Assembly (NCBI GenBank): GCA_964640985.1
Contig: CAZXJG010000004.1
Coordinates: 1 to 42,058 of the forward strand
Length of the DNA stretch: 42,058 nt
Origin: an uncultured Melioribacteraceae bacterium
GTDB lineage: Bacteria; Bacteroidota; Ignavibacteria; Ignavibacteriales; Melioribacteraceae
Direction of reading: 5' to 3'
Positions 32,934 through 42,058 of the stretch are shown here, piece after piece. Each line of letters begins with the position of its first letter. The first letter of the stretch is position 1. The notes beneath the pieces were generated by a model. It did not search any database. It was not told the DNA's origin and was given only the letters and a program-made list of their open reading frames with translations. The position numbers were made by a program, and so were the translations under genes.

Positions 32934-35753
32934 ATGAAGGTATATTATAGTTATAAACAGTTTTATAAGGGGTTTACAATCCAGTTTATTAGGTTTAGTG
33001 TAATTGTATTAGCGTTGATGTTATTGATAATATTTTTAATACCGAATAAAATTTATGCACAAAATGGCAGTCTTAATGTAAAAGGTCTTCGTACAGAATA
33101 CCTAAGAAATCCGAGCGGTATAGATATGGCTCATCCAAGATTTTCATGGGTATTAAGCAGTGAACAGCGAGATGTTATGCAAAAAGCTTATCAGATTATA
33201 GTTGCAAGTACTAGAGATAATCTTTCTAATGATAAAGCAGATATGTGGAATTCGCAAAGAGTAATTTCTGATAAATCGATTAATGTAGTATATAACGGAA
33301 AACCATTTAAAAGCGATCAAACCTATTACTGGAAAGTAAAAGTTTGGAATCAAGACGATGAAGCAAGTCAATGGAGCCGGATCAATTTTTTCCATACGGG
33401 TCTTTTAAAAAAATCTGACTGGCAAGGTGAATGGATCGGAGCCAAAGATACTACCATTTCCGCACCTCTACTAAGGAAAGGATTTACAATAAATAAAAAA
33501 ATAAAAAGTGCTTATGTTTTCATAGTAGGACTGGGATATTATGAACTCTACTTAAATGGGGAAAAAGTAGGAAATCATGTCTTGGATCCGGGAACTTCCG
33601 ATTATAATAAAAGGGCATTGTATGTTACTTATAATATTAAAAAGTACTTGAAAAAAGGGGGAAATGCTATTGGGGTATGGTTGGGGAATGGATATTTTCG
33701 TATGCGAACAATTCGACATTATGGAGATAGTCCTCAGTTATTATTGCAGATGAATATCCGATATACTGATGGTACGGTAAATCATATTGTTTCAAACACA
33801 ACGTGGAAAACATCCGGTAGTCCAATTATAGCAAATAGCATATATGATGGTGAGATATTTGACGCACGTAAAGAAAAACCTGGTTGGAATTTACCAGGTT
33901 ATAATGACCGGAATTGGAATAATGCGGTCAAAGTAAATGTTCCTAAAGGAAGAATATTATCACCCCAATTAATGCCTCCCATTCGAGTTGTTAAGACTCT
34001 TTATCCAATCAGTATGAGTGAACCGGTAAAGGGTATCTATGTATTTGATTTTGGTCAAAATTTAACGGGCTGGGCGGAACTTTTTGTGAATGGAGGAGAA
34101 GGACAAAAAGTAATTATGAAAACAGCTGAGGTAACAGTTAAAGATATGGCTCAATTGAAAGAGGAAGGAACAAATTCAATTATCGATACCATTGATGCTG
34201 TATCAGATAGATCGGCGAAGGCAAGAGATATTTACATATTAGCCGGTAAACCTGGAATGGAAACTTACGAACCCCGATTTACGTATCATGGTTTTCGATA
34301 TGTGCAGGTAGAAGGTTATCCGGGAAAACCAGATCTGACTAGTATAGTGGCTAAGGTAGTTCATACAGATGTTACTCCTATTGGGAATTTTTATAGTTCA
34401 AATTCTCTTTTTGATAGAATACATCATAATGTGCTATGGGGACAGTTGAGCAATTTGTTTAGCATACCAACCGATTGTCCGCAGCGGGACGAACGAATGG
34501 GTTGGATGGCAGATGCTGATTTGTCGGCGGAAGAAGCCATACATAATTTTGATATGGCAGCTTTTTATACGAATTGGATTAGAGAAATTCAGGACGATCA
34601 AAATAAAGACGGGAGTGTTCCTGATTTAGTACCTCATCATAAATGGAGTGGAGTAGGGACACCGGCTTGGCAAGTTGCATATCCATTAATGATTTGGTAT
34701 ATGCATAAATATTATGGGGATGTCCGGATTATGAAAGAGCATTACAATAGCCTAAAGAAATGGATGAACTATATGAGTTCAATATCTCATAAATATATAA
34801 TTACTCGTGGTCGTGGTGATTGGGTGCCTCCTGAATTGGCTGGTGGGCCAAATAATCGTTCCATCGCTATTACTTCAACAGGATATTATTATAAAAGTGC
34901 TGAAATCATGGCTTACATTGCAGGTATTTTAGGAAATGGAAAAGATAGTGTTATGTATTCGCATTTAGCCGGTAGTATTAAACGTGCATTTAACAATCGC
35001 TTTTGGAATGCAACGAAAAATGTTTATGGTACGGGTTCGCAGACAAACAACGCTTTTCCTCTCTATCTTGGAATAGTGCCTAAAGACAAACAACAAAAGG
35101 TCGTCAAAAGCCTGGTGAATAACATAATGCTAACGCATAATGGACATTTATGGACAGGAATTATTGGTACTAAAGCTCTAATAGAAGCACTACCTGAATA
35201 TAATCAAATCAAAGTGTTATATACTATTACTAAACAAACAACTTACCCTGGTTGGGGATATATGATATCCAAAGGAGCTACCACTCTTTGGGAGAGATGG
35301 GGAGGTTACCGTTATTTTAATGCACAAATGAATTCTCTCAATCATATAATGTTTGGAAGTATTGATGAATTCTTTTATAAGGATCTTGCGGGAATAAAAG
35401 TGAAAAAATCTGGATTTAAACAAATTCTTATAAAACCCCATATTGTAGGAGATTTGAAATTTGTTAAATCTTCGATAAAAACCATAAGAGGTTTGGCAGC
35501 TTCTAGTTGGGTAAGGAATGGGAATAATCTCACGCTTAAGGTAATAATCCCTGCTAATAGTAAAGCTGAAGTAGATATTCCGGCTACAAATATGAGAACT
35601 CCTTTAACCCTAAAAGAGAGTGGCAAAATAATTTTTGAAAATGGTACCTTTAAAAAAGGTGTATCCGGTATTAATGGTGTAAAAGAAAATAAAAAATACA
35701 TAATAGTAAATATAGGTTCGGGAAATTATAAGTTTAAGTTAAAAGGGCAATAA
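32934..35753 (+). CDS. Alpha-L-rhamnosidase, GH78
   Basis: 939 aa. N-terminal LRTEYLRNPSGIDMAHPRFSWVL, then YYWKVKVWN. Catalytic (alpha/alpha)6 region with PTDCPQRDERMGWMADA. Typical multi-domain bacterial rhamnosidase length. Confidence 0.9.
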   Translation: MKVYYSYKQFYKGFTIQFIRFSVIVLALMLLIIFLIPNKIYAQNGSLNVKGLRTEYLRNPSGIDMAHPRFSWVLSSEQRDVMQKAYQIIVASTRDNLSNDKADMWNSQRVISDKSINVVYNGKPFKSDQTYYWKVKVWNQDDEASQWSRINFFHTGLLKKSDWQGEWIGAKDTTISAPLLRKGFTINKKIKSAYVFIVGLGYYELYLNGEKVGNHVLDPGTSDYNKRALYVTYNIKKYLKKGGNAIGVWLGNGYFRMRTIRHYGDSPQLLLQMNIRYTDGTVNHIVSNTTWKTSGSPIIANSIYDGEIFDARKEKPGWNLPGYNDRNWNNAVKVNVPKGRILSPQLMPPIRVVKTLYPISMSEPVKGIYVFDFGQNLTGWAELFVNGGEGQKVIMKTAEVTVKDMAQLKEEGTNSIIDTIDAVSDRSAKARDIYILAGKPGMETYEPRFTYHGFRYVQVEGYPGKPDLTSIVAKVVHTDVTPIGNFYSSNSLFDRIHHNVLWGQLSNLFSIPTDCPQRDERMGWMADADLSAEEAIHNFDMAAFYTNWIREIQDDQNKDGSVPDLVPHHKWSGVGTPAWQVAYPLMIWYMHKYYGDVRIMKEHYNSLKKWMNYMSSISHKYIITRGRGDWVPPELAGGPNNRSIAITSTGYYYKSAEIMAYIAGILGNGKDSVMYSHLAGSIKRAFNNRFWNATKNVYGTGSQTNNAFPLYLGIVPKDKQQKVVKSLVNNIMLTHNGHLWTGIIGTKALIEALPEYNQIKVLYTITKQTTYPGWGYMISKGATTLWERWGGYRYFNAQMNSLNHIMFGSIDEFFYKDLAGIKVKKSGFKQILIKPHIVGDLKFVKSSIKTIRGLAASSWVRNGNNLTLKVIIPANSKAEVDIPATNMRTPLTLKESGKIIFENGTFKKGVSGINGVKENKKYIIVNIGSGNYKFKLKGQ

Positions 35754-35799
35754 TTTTCAACATATTCCAGGTTGGATACTTCAAATGAAAACTATGCGA

Positions 35800-36170
35800 A
35801 ATGAGATGAGTCCTTTATAAAAAATCTACTTCATTTCCATCGAGAATTGCTATAGCTTCAACCTGGGATATCGCATTGATTAGAAAAGTGGGAGAAAGTA
35901 TTGGTACGAAGTTCTTGGAAAAGATAGAAATATTATTTTAGATTCAATATTAATATTACACGTAATCCTTTGAATGAGCGTACATTTGAATCATGTGAGA
36001 GATTTATTTTTCCGGTATTTAAGGCGCGGTTGTGCAAAAAGCTCATGTTGTGTTAGTTATGGCGCCTATAATAAGGTTAATAGAATCTAATTGTGGCGTG
36101 AATAATAATGTCTAAAAAAAACTAAGAAAAGGGGAAAATAATTTTATTCAAGCGGTTAAATTTAGGTTAT
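35800..36170 (+). pseudogene. Relic of a GH3 beta-glucosidase gene (frameshifted, stop-riddled, internally deleted)
   Basis: GH3 N-domain signatures appear in three different + frames: FPSRIAIASTWDIALIRKVGESIGTKF (from 35834), NINITRNPLNERTFES (about 35948), and YGAYNKVN (about 36058). Each is broken by stops. The relic is far shorter than an intact GH3. Confidence 0.6.
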
Positions 36171-36227
36171 TATTGCTATCAGTATAAAATAGAAAAAATA
36201 TTACTTAATAAAAAATATTAAAAAGTC

Positions 36228-36542
36228 ATGACAAAAATTGCTTTCAAAATGAAATTAAAACCCGGCTGTAAAAAAGAATATATTAGAAGACATAATGAAA
36301 TATGGCCGGAATTAAAGGAATTACTTATAAATAACGGTATACATGATTACACTATTTTTTTCGATAATGAAACGAACACTCTTTTTGCTGTTCAATATCA
36401 AGAGGGTTCTATCTCTTCACAAGATTTAGGCAATAATGTAATAGTTAAGAAATGGTGGAAATATATGGCTGATATTATGGAAACCAATCATGAACTATCA
36501 CCAATTACAGTTCCACTTGAAAAAGTATTTCACATGGATTAA
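36228..36542 (+). CDS. rhaM: L-rhamnose mutarotase
   Basis: 104 aa. FKMKLKPG...EY..RH.EIWPEL and YTIF pattern of the RhaM/YiiL family. Confidence 0.88.
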   Translation: MTKIAFKMKLKPGCKKEYIRRHNEIWPELKELLINNGIHDYTIFFDNETNTLFAVQYQEGSISSQDLGNNVIVKKWWKYMADIMETNHELSPITVPLEKVFHMD

Positions 36543-36759
36543 AAACATTCAAATAAAATGTCATCATACTTAAAATGCAACATATAGTCCAATTCTCAAA
36601 ATTTATAAATTAATACTTTTAATTTTGATTTAAAATAAATATTGTAAAACAAATTAAAAAGGTAATATCTATTACTTAGATTAAACTAAATATAATGACA
36701 AAAGATTTTTTAAATAATTAGTTTACAAAAAAATAAAATTTAGTAGGGAGAAATAAATA

Positions 36760-38943
36760 ATGAAAAAAAAGCTGAAATATTTGGAAGATAAATGGGATGA
36801 AAAATATGCTAATAAACTAGATGAACCTGAAAAATTACGCTACCGTTCTAATTTATTAGGCTCAGATTTACGTATAACAAATTTTGGAGGTGGAAATACT
36901 TCTTCTAAAATTATGATGAACGATATCCTTTTGGATAAATCTGTAGAGGTACTATGGGTAAAGGGAAGCGGTGGAGATCTTGGCTCCATCAAACGGAATG
37001 GTTTTGCAACTTTATATATGGATAAATTTTTATCAATTGAAAATAAATACAAAGGAGAAAAGTTTGAAGATGAAATGCTTGAATTTTATCCTTTGTGTAC
37101 ATTCGGAATAAATCCGCGCCCTGCTTCCATTGATACACCTCTGCACGGATTAATCCCGTATAAAAATGTTGATCATATGCACCCCGACTGGGCGATTGCT
37201 ATAGCTGCTTCAGCAAATGGTAGGCAATTACTGGCAGAATTTAATCGAGAATTCGGTTATAATATCGTTTGGGTTCCATGGCAGCGACCGGGGTATCATC
37301 TTGGTACTATTCTTAGAAAAGTTATTGACGATAATCCTGATGCGGAGGGGGCTATTCTAGCTTCACATGGTTTGATAAACTGGGCTGATGATCATTACGA
37401 ATGTTATCGACGTACATTAGAAATAATCGATAGTATGGGACAATTTGTAATATCGAAAATTAATAAAAAAGGAGAGAAAATATTTGGCGGGCAAAAATAT
37501 CAAACGCTTGAGAACAGAAAAAAAATTATTGAACAAATTTTACCTATCATTAGAGGTATTATTGGAGCGGATAAATCGGTAGTTGGTAATTATTCTGATT
37601 TAAAAGAAGTCCTAAGGTTTGTTAATAGTCATGATGGAGAAAAATTAGCTTTTATAGGTACAAGTTGTCCTGATCACTTTATTCGGACAAAAGTTCGTCC
37701 AATGTATGTAAATTGGAATCCTCAAAATGATAGTTTTAAATCACTAGAGAAAGCTGTGTCCGATTCTTTTAAAAAATATGAAAGTGATTATAAAAATTAT
37801 TATGAAACAAATAAAGAAGCCGGCTCTCCAGCCATAAGAGGCACAAAACCAACCGTGGTTCTATTACCCGGTGTTGGGATGCTTAGTTTTGGAAAAAATA
37901 AGAAAGAAGCTGGAATAACAGGTGAATTTTATGTTAATGCTATTCATGTAATGGAGGGAGCTACATCGATGGATACAGGTGTAATTGATGAGGGAATAGA
38001 CAGGGAGAGGGTTTATAATAACTATGTATCTTTATCTTCAAAAGAAGCATTTAGAATTGAATATTGGGCATTAGAAGAAGCGAAAATTCGACGTCGACCT
38101 AAAGAAAAAGAATTTGATAGAAAAATTGCAATCGTTGTTGGCGGAGGGAATGGTATTGGTCGTGAGTTTTGTTTAAAACTTGCAAGTGAAGGAGCTCATG
38201 TTGCAGTTGCCGATATTGATATTAAAGCTGCAGAAGAAACAGTTCAACAATTAAATTCCAGATATGGTTCTGAAATTTCAAAAGCTGTTCAAATAAATAT
38301 TACAGATAGACAATCTGTTATAGGTGCATACAATAAAGTTATTTTAGAATTTGGTGGCATAGATATATTAATCAATACAGCAGCAGTTTTTATACCAGCC
38401 GATAAGGAAGAGAATTCATATTATGATGAAACATGGGACAAAATATTTAATATAAATGTAACAGGTAATTACATCCTTGTTGAAGAGTTTGCAAATGTAA
38501 TAAAGAAACAAAAAACTAGCGGTACTATTTTGTTAACTAGTTCAGCTAATGCCGTAGTTCCAAAAACTGGCAGTGAGCCGTACGATGTCAGTAAAGCCGC
38601 AGTAAATCACTTAATTAGGGAGCTTGCAATCCGTTATTCTCCACTGATCAGAATAAATGGAGTTAGTCCTGCAACTGTAATTGAAGGCAGTACAATGTTC
38701 CCCCGTGATCGGATAATAAATAGTCTCGAAAAATACCAAATAAAATTTGATCAAAGTGAAGACACTGGATCTTTACGGAATAAATTGGCAAATTTCTATG
38801 CTAAGCGAACTTTGTTAAATAAAGATGTTCATCCATTAAATATTGTTGAAACGGGTTACTATTTGATATCGGATAAGGCTAGTAGAACAACAGGGCATAT
38901 CATACCTGTTGACGGAGGTCTTAAAGAAGCTTTTTTGAGATAA
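36760..38943 (+). CDS. rhaEW: Bifunctional rhamnulose-1-phosphate aldolase / lactaldehyde dehydrogenase (class II aldolase fused to SDR)
   Basis: 727 aa. N-terminal LRYRSNLLGSDLRITNFGGGNTS and aldolase/adducin-type region. C-terminal SDR with VVGGGNGIGRE and catalytic YDVSKAA (YxxxK). Confidence 0.88.
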   Translation: MKKKLKYLEDKWDEKYANKLDEPEKLRYRSNLLGSDLRITNFGGGNTSSKIMMNDILLDKSVEVLWVKGSGGDLGSIKRNGFATLYMDKFLSIENKYKGEKFEDEMLEFYPLCTFGINPRPASIDTPLHGLIPYKNVDHMHPDWAIAIAASANGRQLLAEFNREFGYNIVWVPWQRPGYHLGTILRKVIDDNPDAEGAILASHGLINWADDHYECYRRTLEIIDSMGQFVISKINKKGEKIFGGQKYQTLENRKKIIEQILPIIRGIIGADKSVVGNYSDLKEVLRFVNSHDGEKLAFIGTSCPDHFIRTKVRPMYVNWNPQNDSFKSLEKAVSDSFKKYESDYKNYYETNKEAGSPAIRGTKPTVVLLPGVGMLSFGKNKKEAGITGEFYVNAIHVMEGATSMDTGVIDEGIDRERVYNNYVSLSSKEAFRIEYWALEEAKIRRRPKEKEFDRKIAIVVGGGNGIGREFCLKLASEGAHVAVADIDIKAAEETVQQLNSRYGSEISKAVQINITDRQSVIGAYNKVILEFGGIDILINTAAVFIPADKEENSYYDETWDKIFNINVTGNYILVEEFANVIKKQKTSGTILLTSSANAVVPKTGSEPYDVSKAAVNHLIRELAIRYSPLIRINGVSPATVIEGSTMFPRDRIINSLEKYQIKFDQSEDTGSLRNKLANFYAKRTLLNKDVHPLNIVETGYYLISDKASRTTGHIIPVDGGLKEAFLR

Positions 38944-39051
38944 GTAATAAATGAAGACTACTTATTAAAATAACGTTGTTGAATGTATTTTATTGAACTG
39001 TTATAATACAAAACATTTTATCATTAATGCTGATTAAAAACAATTTGGGAT

Positions 39052-40551
39052 ATGGAAGAAAAAAAATTTATCGGTTTTGATATAGGGGCAGAAAGCGGGC
39101 GCTGTGTGGTTGCTAGATTGAGTGATAATAAATTAGAATATCACGAAGTACATCGCTTTTCAACATATAACATTAAATATGAAAAAGGATTTTATTGGGA
39201 TATCTTAGCAATTTATAAAGAAATTATTACCGGTTTGATTAATGCACAAAAAGCTTATGGTAGTAATTTCAATGGTATTGGAATCGATACTTGGGCTGTA
39301 GACTATGTTTTAATTGATTCAGATGGAAGAATATTAGGCTATCCTTATCATTATCGTGATGACCGTACGGATGGAATAATGGAAAAGGCATTTCAAATTG
39401 TTTCAAAAAATAAAATTTACAATCAAGTTGGTATTCAATTTGTTCAATTCAATACACTTTTTCAATTTTTAGCAGAGGAAATGCAAAATTTAAATTTATT
39501 AAATATTACAGACAAATTTCTTTTGATACCTGACTTTTTAAGCTTTTTACTTTCCGGTAAAAAGAAAGCTGAATTTACAAACGCATCTACCACTAGTCTT
39601 GTTAACCCTTTTAAGAGAGATTGGTGTTGGGAATTGATTGATGAATTCAAATTGCCGAGAAAAATATTCCCGGAAATAGTAGAACCAGGGCATATATTAG
39701 GAAATATTCTTCCTTCTATTGCAAAGAAGACTGGCTTAAATCCCGCTACTCCTGTCATTGCTACCTCCAGTCATGATACTGCTTCGGCAGTAGTTTCTGT
39801 GCCTGCAGCCGAAAATAATGAATGGGCATTTTTGAGCTCGGGAACATGGTCTTTAATAGGTATCGAATTAAAACATCCGTTCATTACTTCAGAAGCAATG
39901 GATTACAATTTTACTAATGAAGGTGGTGTTGAAAATACCACGCGATTTCTTAAGAATATTATTGGATTATGGCCGGTTCAAGAATGTAAAAGGAATTGGG
40001 ATGATAAATTTACGAATTATAACTATACTGAATTAGTATCATTAGCTAAAAAAAATGGTTATGCAAAATCATGGATAAATCTAAATGATTCAAGATTTAT
40101 TAAAGCAGGTCGAATGCCCGAAAAAATTCAAGAATATTTAAGAGAATCTGCACAAACCGTTAAATCTGATGCCGGATTTATTATTCGTGTGTTGCTTGAA
40201 AGCCTTGCTTTTAATTATAGAGAAACGCTAAAGCAAATTGAAGAAGTAACGGGAGAAAAAATAAAAAGTTTATATGTTGTGGGTGGGGGTGTTCAGAATG
40301 AGCTTTTAACACAGTTAACAGCGGATGCTATAAATCGTGATGTTTATGCCGGACCAATTGAAGGAACAATAATTGGGAATATTGGCGTTCAAGCGATAGC
40401 TGCGAAGGTTGTACCTAATCTTAAAACATGGAGAAATATTGTGGCAAATTCATTTGAGTTAAAAATATATAAACCAATGAATACGGAATATTTCAATGCA
40501 AATGAAAAGGATTATAGAAAGATATTGGAGTATAACCATGATAATTATTAA
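39052..40551 (+). CDS. rhaB: Rhamnulokinase (FGGY family)
   Basis: 499 aa. FGGY N-terminus IGFDIGAESGR, GIDTWAVDYVLID, HYRDDRT, and C-terminal VVGGGVQNELL. Confidence 0.88.
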   Translation: MEEKKFIGFDIGAESGRCVVARLSDNKLEYHEVHRFSTYNIKYEKGFYWDILAIYKEIITGLINAQKAYGSNFNGIGIDTWAVDYVLIDSDGRILGYPYHYRDDRTDGIMEKAFQIVSKNKIYNQVGIQFVQFNTLFQFLAEEMQNLNLLNITDKFLLIPDFLSFLLSGKKKAEFTNASTTSLVNPFKRDWCWELIDEFKLPRKIFPEIVEPGHILGNILPSIAKKTGLNPATPVIATSSHDTASAVVSVPAAENNEWAFLSSGTWSLIGIELKHPFITSEAMDYNFTNEGGVENTTRFLKNIIGLWPVQECKRNWDDKFTNYNYTELVSLAKKNGYAKSWINLNDSRFIKAGRMPEKIQEYLRESAQTVKSDAGFIIRVLLESLAFNYRETLKQIEEVTGEKIKSLYVVGGGVQNELLTQLTADAINRDVYAGPIEGTIIGNIGVQAIAAKVVPNLKTWRNIVANSFELKIYKPMNTEYFNANEKDYRKILEYNHDNY

Positions 40552-40572
40552 AATTTCTTGTGATATTGTGTA

Positions 40573-41112
40573 ATGCAAAATCAAATCAATTCAGAAATAA
40601 TGAATCATTTCATCTTTTCAGCAAGGGAATCGACCGCAACTGTAGAGATTGTAGCACAAAATCCAGAATCATTGAATAATGCTCTAATAATGGCTATAGA
40701 AAATAAATTAGTTCTCTTAGCTGAACCAGCTAATTTGAACCTAGAATTATTTCAAAAATTCAAATTGAACAAAAATGTAATTACTAAACCGACAAAGGAA
40801 CAACTTTCTACTCTAAAGATTGGTCTCACAGATGCATTTTGTGCGATAGCCTCAACAGGTTCTGTATGTGTCCCCATTACAAATAATTTATCAAGCCCTG
40901 TAAGTATGTTGACTCAAAAACATATAGTAATAGTTGATAGTAAAACAATAATACCCAGACCTCGAGATATTTTTTCAAACAATTATTTGAATGGAATAGG
41001 CTTATCTCTAAGCTTTTCAATAATTACAGGACCAAGTGCAACTGCAGATATGGGGCCTTTGGTGAGAGGCGTACATGGACCCGGTAAATTACATATAATT
41101 ATTTTAAAGTAA
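40573..41112 (+). CDS. lutC: LutC-family (LUD domain) lactate utilization protein
   Basis: 179 aa. LUD-domain end motif ...ITGPSATADMGPLVRGVHGPGKLHIIIL. Sits directly upstream of lutB. Confidence 0.7.
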   Translation: MQNQINSEIMNHFIFSARESTATVEIVAQNPESLNNALIMAIENKLVLLAEPANLNLELFQKFKLNKNVITKPTKEQLSTLKIGLTDAFCAIASTGSVCVPITNNLSSPVSMLTQKHIVIVDSKTIIPRPRDIFSNNYLNGIGLSLSFSIITGPSATADMGPLVRGVHGPGKLHIIILK

Positions 41113-41116
41113 TCTT

Positions 41117-42058
41117 ATGAAAAATTCATATAACTACAAAATTCATCCCCGAGAAGTAGCAAATAAATCTTCAAAAGAAGCTTTATTGAAAGCAATCGAC
41201 ATGGCTCTTAATACAGAAAGCACAGCCGTTAGACACAATACTCAAACTTTTAATACCAATCGATATAAAGCTGTAAAAAAAATAGAGGATTATGAAGAAT
41301 TAAAAAATCTTGCTCGGGAAATAAAAGAGTGGTCAATTAAAAATCTACCGGAATTGATTAATAAAGTTACGAAAACGATCGTAGCAAGAGGTGGAAAAGT
41401 ATATCTTGCTAAAACCCAAAAGGAAGCTACTGATTATATTAAAAGGGTTTGTCAGGAACACGATGCAAAGCTTGTAGTAAAATCTAAATCAATAACATCT
41501 GAAGAAATTAAGCTTAATACAGTTCTAGAAAAAGCGAATATTGAAGTTGCAGAAACAGACTTAGCTGAGTTTATTCTCCAGGTATCGAAAGAACAGCCGT
41601 CTCATATTGTTGCTCCGGCTATTCACAAAAGTAGAGAGAAGATTTCAAAATTATTTAAGCAACATTTTAACACGGATAAACCATTAGAAACGGGTGAAGA
41701 ATTAACTGAATTTGCTAGAGACATTTTAAGACAAAAATTTCTTAATGCAGATATTGGCATTAGCGGTGCAAATTTGATAGCTGCAGAAGAAGGGAGTATT
41801 TTATTGGTAGAAAGCGAAGGAAATATTCGTCTTACTACCCAGCTTCCTTCAATCCATATTGCTATTGCAGGCATTGAAAAAATCATCAACAGCAAAAGAG
41901 ATTTCGGTATATTCATAGAACTGTTAGCCGCTAGTGCTACAGGTCAATCATTAACATCATATACAAATATTTTGGAACCGCCGCTTGATTTGCCCATACT
42001 TAATTTAAATGGGAGAGATGATACAAAAAGAGAATTTCATCTTGTACTTTTAGACAAT
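41117..42058 (+). CDS. lutB: LutB-family iron-sulfur lactate utilization protein, 5' partial (runs off the window)
   Basis: Open frame of 314 codons from ATG 41117 to the window end, so it is missing from the track. Translation includes ...KVYLAKTQKEATDYI...KLVVKSKSITSEEI.LN..LE...IEV.ETDLAEFILQ...EQPSHIVAPAIHKSRE...DIGISGANLIAAEEGSILLVESEGN.RL, the LUD part of LutB/YkgF. Confidence 0.8.
   Translation, partial: MKNSYNYKIHPREVANKSSKEALLKAIDMALNTESTAVRHNTQTFNTNRYKAVKKIEDYEELKNLAREIKEWSIKNLPELINKVTKTIVARGGKVYLAKTQKEATDYIKRVCQEHDAKLVVKSKSITSEEIKLNTVLEKANIEVAETDLAEFILQVSKEQPSHIVAPAIHKSREKISKLFKQHFNTDKPLETGEELTEFARDILRQKFLNADIGISGANLIAAEEGSILLVESEGNIRLTTQLPSIHIAIAGIEKIINSKRDFGIFIELLAASATGQSLTSYTNILEPPLDLPILNLNGRDDTKREFHLVLLDN

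Noticed and set aside
41623-41916. Minus-strand 97-aa track ORF near the window end, and other antisense ORFs within long genes (11781-12038, 13766-14375, 19912-20202, 22655-22906, 24270-24473, 27215-27838, 31401-31601, 32021-32206, 33153-33395, 35217-35701, 36840-37052, 39462-39758).
   Set aside because: Each lies inside, and antisense to or out of frame with, a confidently assigned gene. The 41623 ORF is antisense to the open-ended lutB frame, which the track omitted because it has no stop in the window.

Overview
AT-rich bacterial window, about one third G+C by eye. T9SS-type C-terminal sorting domains and a carboxypeptidase-regulatory-domain TonB receptor suggest an FCB-group, Ignavibacteria/Bacteroidota-like organism; that placement is inference. 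Layout: (a) 1-762 holds the 3' end of an rRNA operon (23S tail, 5S, intrinsic terminator) and tRNA-Arg(CCT). (b) 924-11162 is housekeeping: a CoA-acylating aldehyde dehydrogenase with an unusual C-terminal tail, a tightly packed minus-strand ruvB-kdsA-kdsC-orf-kdsD-lptC-lptA-like-lptB operon, trxB and a NUDIX CoA pyrophosphatase. (c) 11.2-42.0 kb is an accessory carbohydrate locus. L-rhamnose catabolism genes (P. stutzeri-type rhaI at 11.7 kb; rhaM, bifunctional rhaEW, rhaB, lutC and lutB at 36.2-42.0 kb) bracket about 20 kb. That stretch encodes a LacI regulator, a TonB-dependent receptor with no SusD partner, a GH78 alpha-L-rhamnosidase and seven further exported proteins. I cannot assign those seven to a characterised enzyme family: two are distant TIM-barrel GH-like paralogs, one is a beta-helix plus F5/8 type C protein, and three belong to one unknown family. 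Three of the exported proteins carry near-identical T9SS sorting domains. The locus shows recent remodelling: a decayed IS-like element, an 80-nt duplication of RBS plus signal peptide fused in frame onto a roughly 2.1 kb G+C-rich foreign two-gene cassette, a 23-nt inverted repeat, and a GH3 pseudogene relic. The best candidate for an undescribed system is this SusD-less, T9SS-coupled rhamnoglycan utilisation locus built largely from unassigned protein families. No CRISPR array, defence system or prophage was seen.
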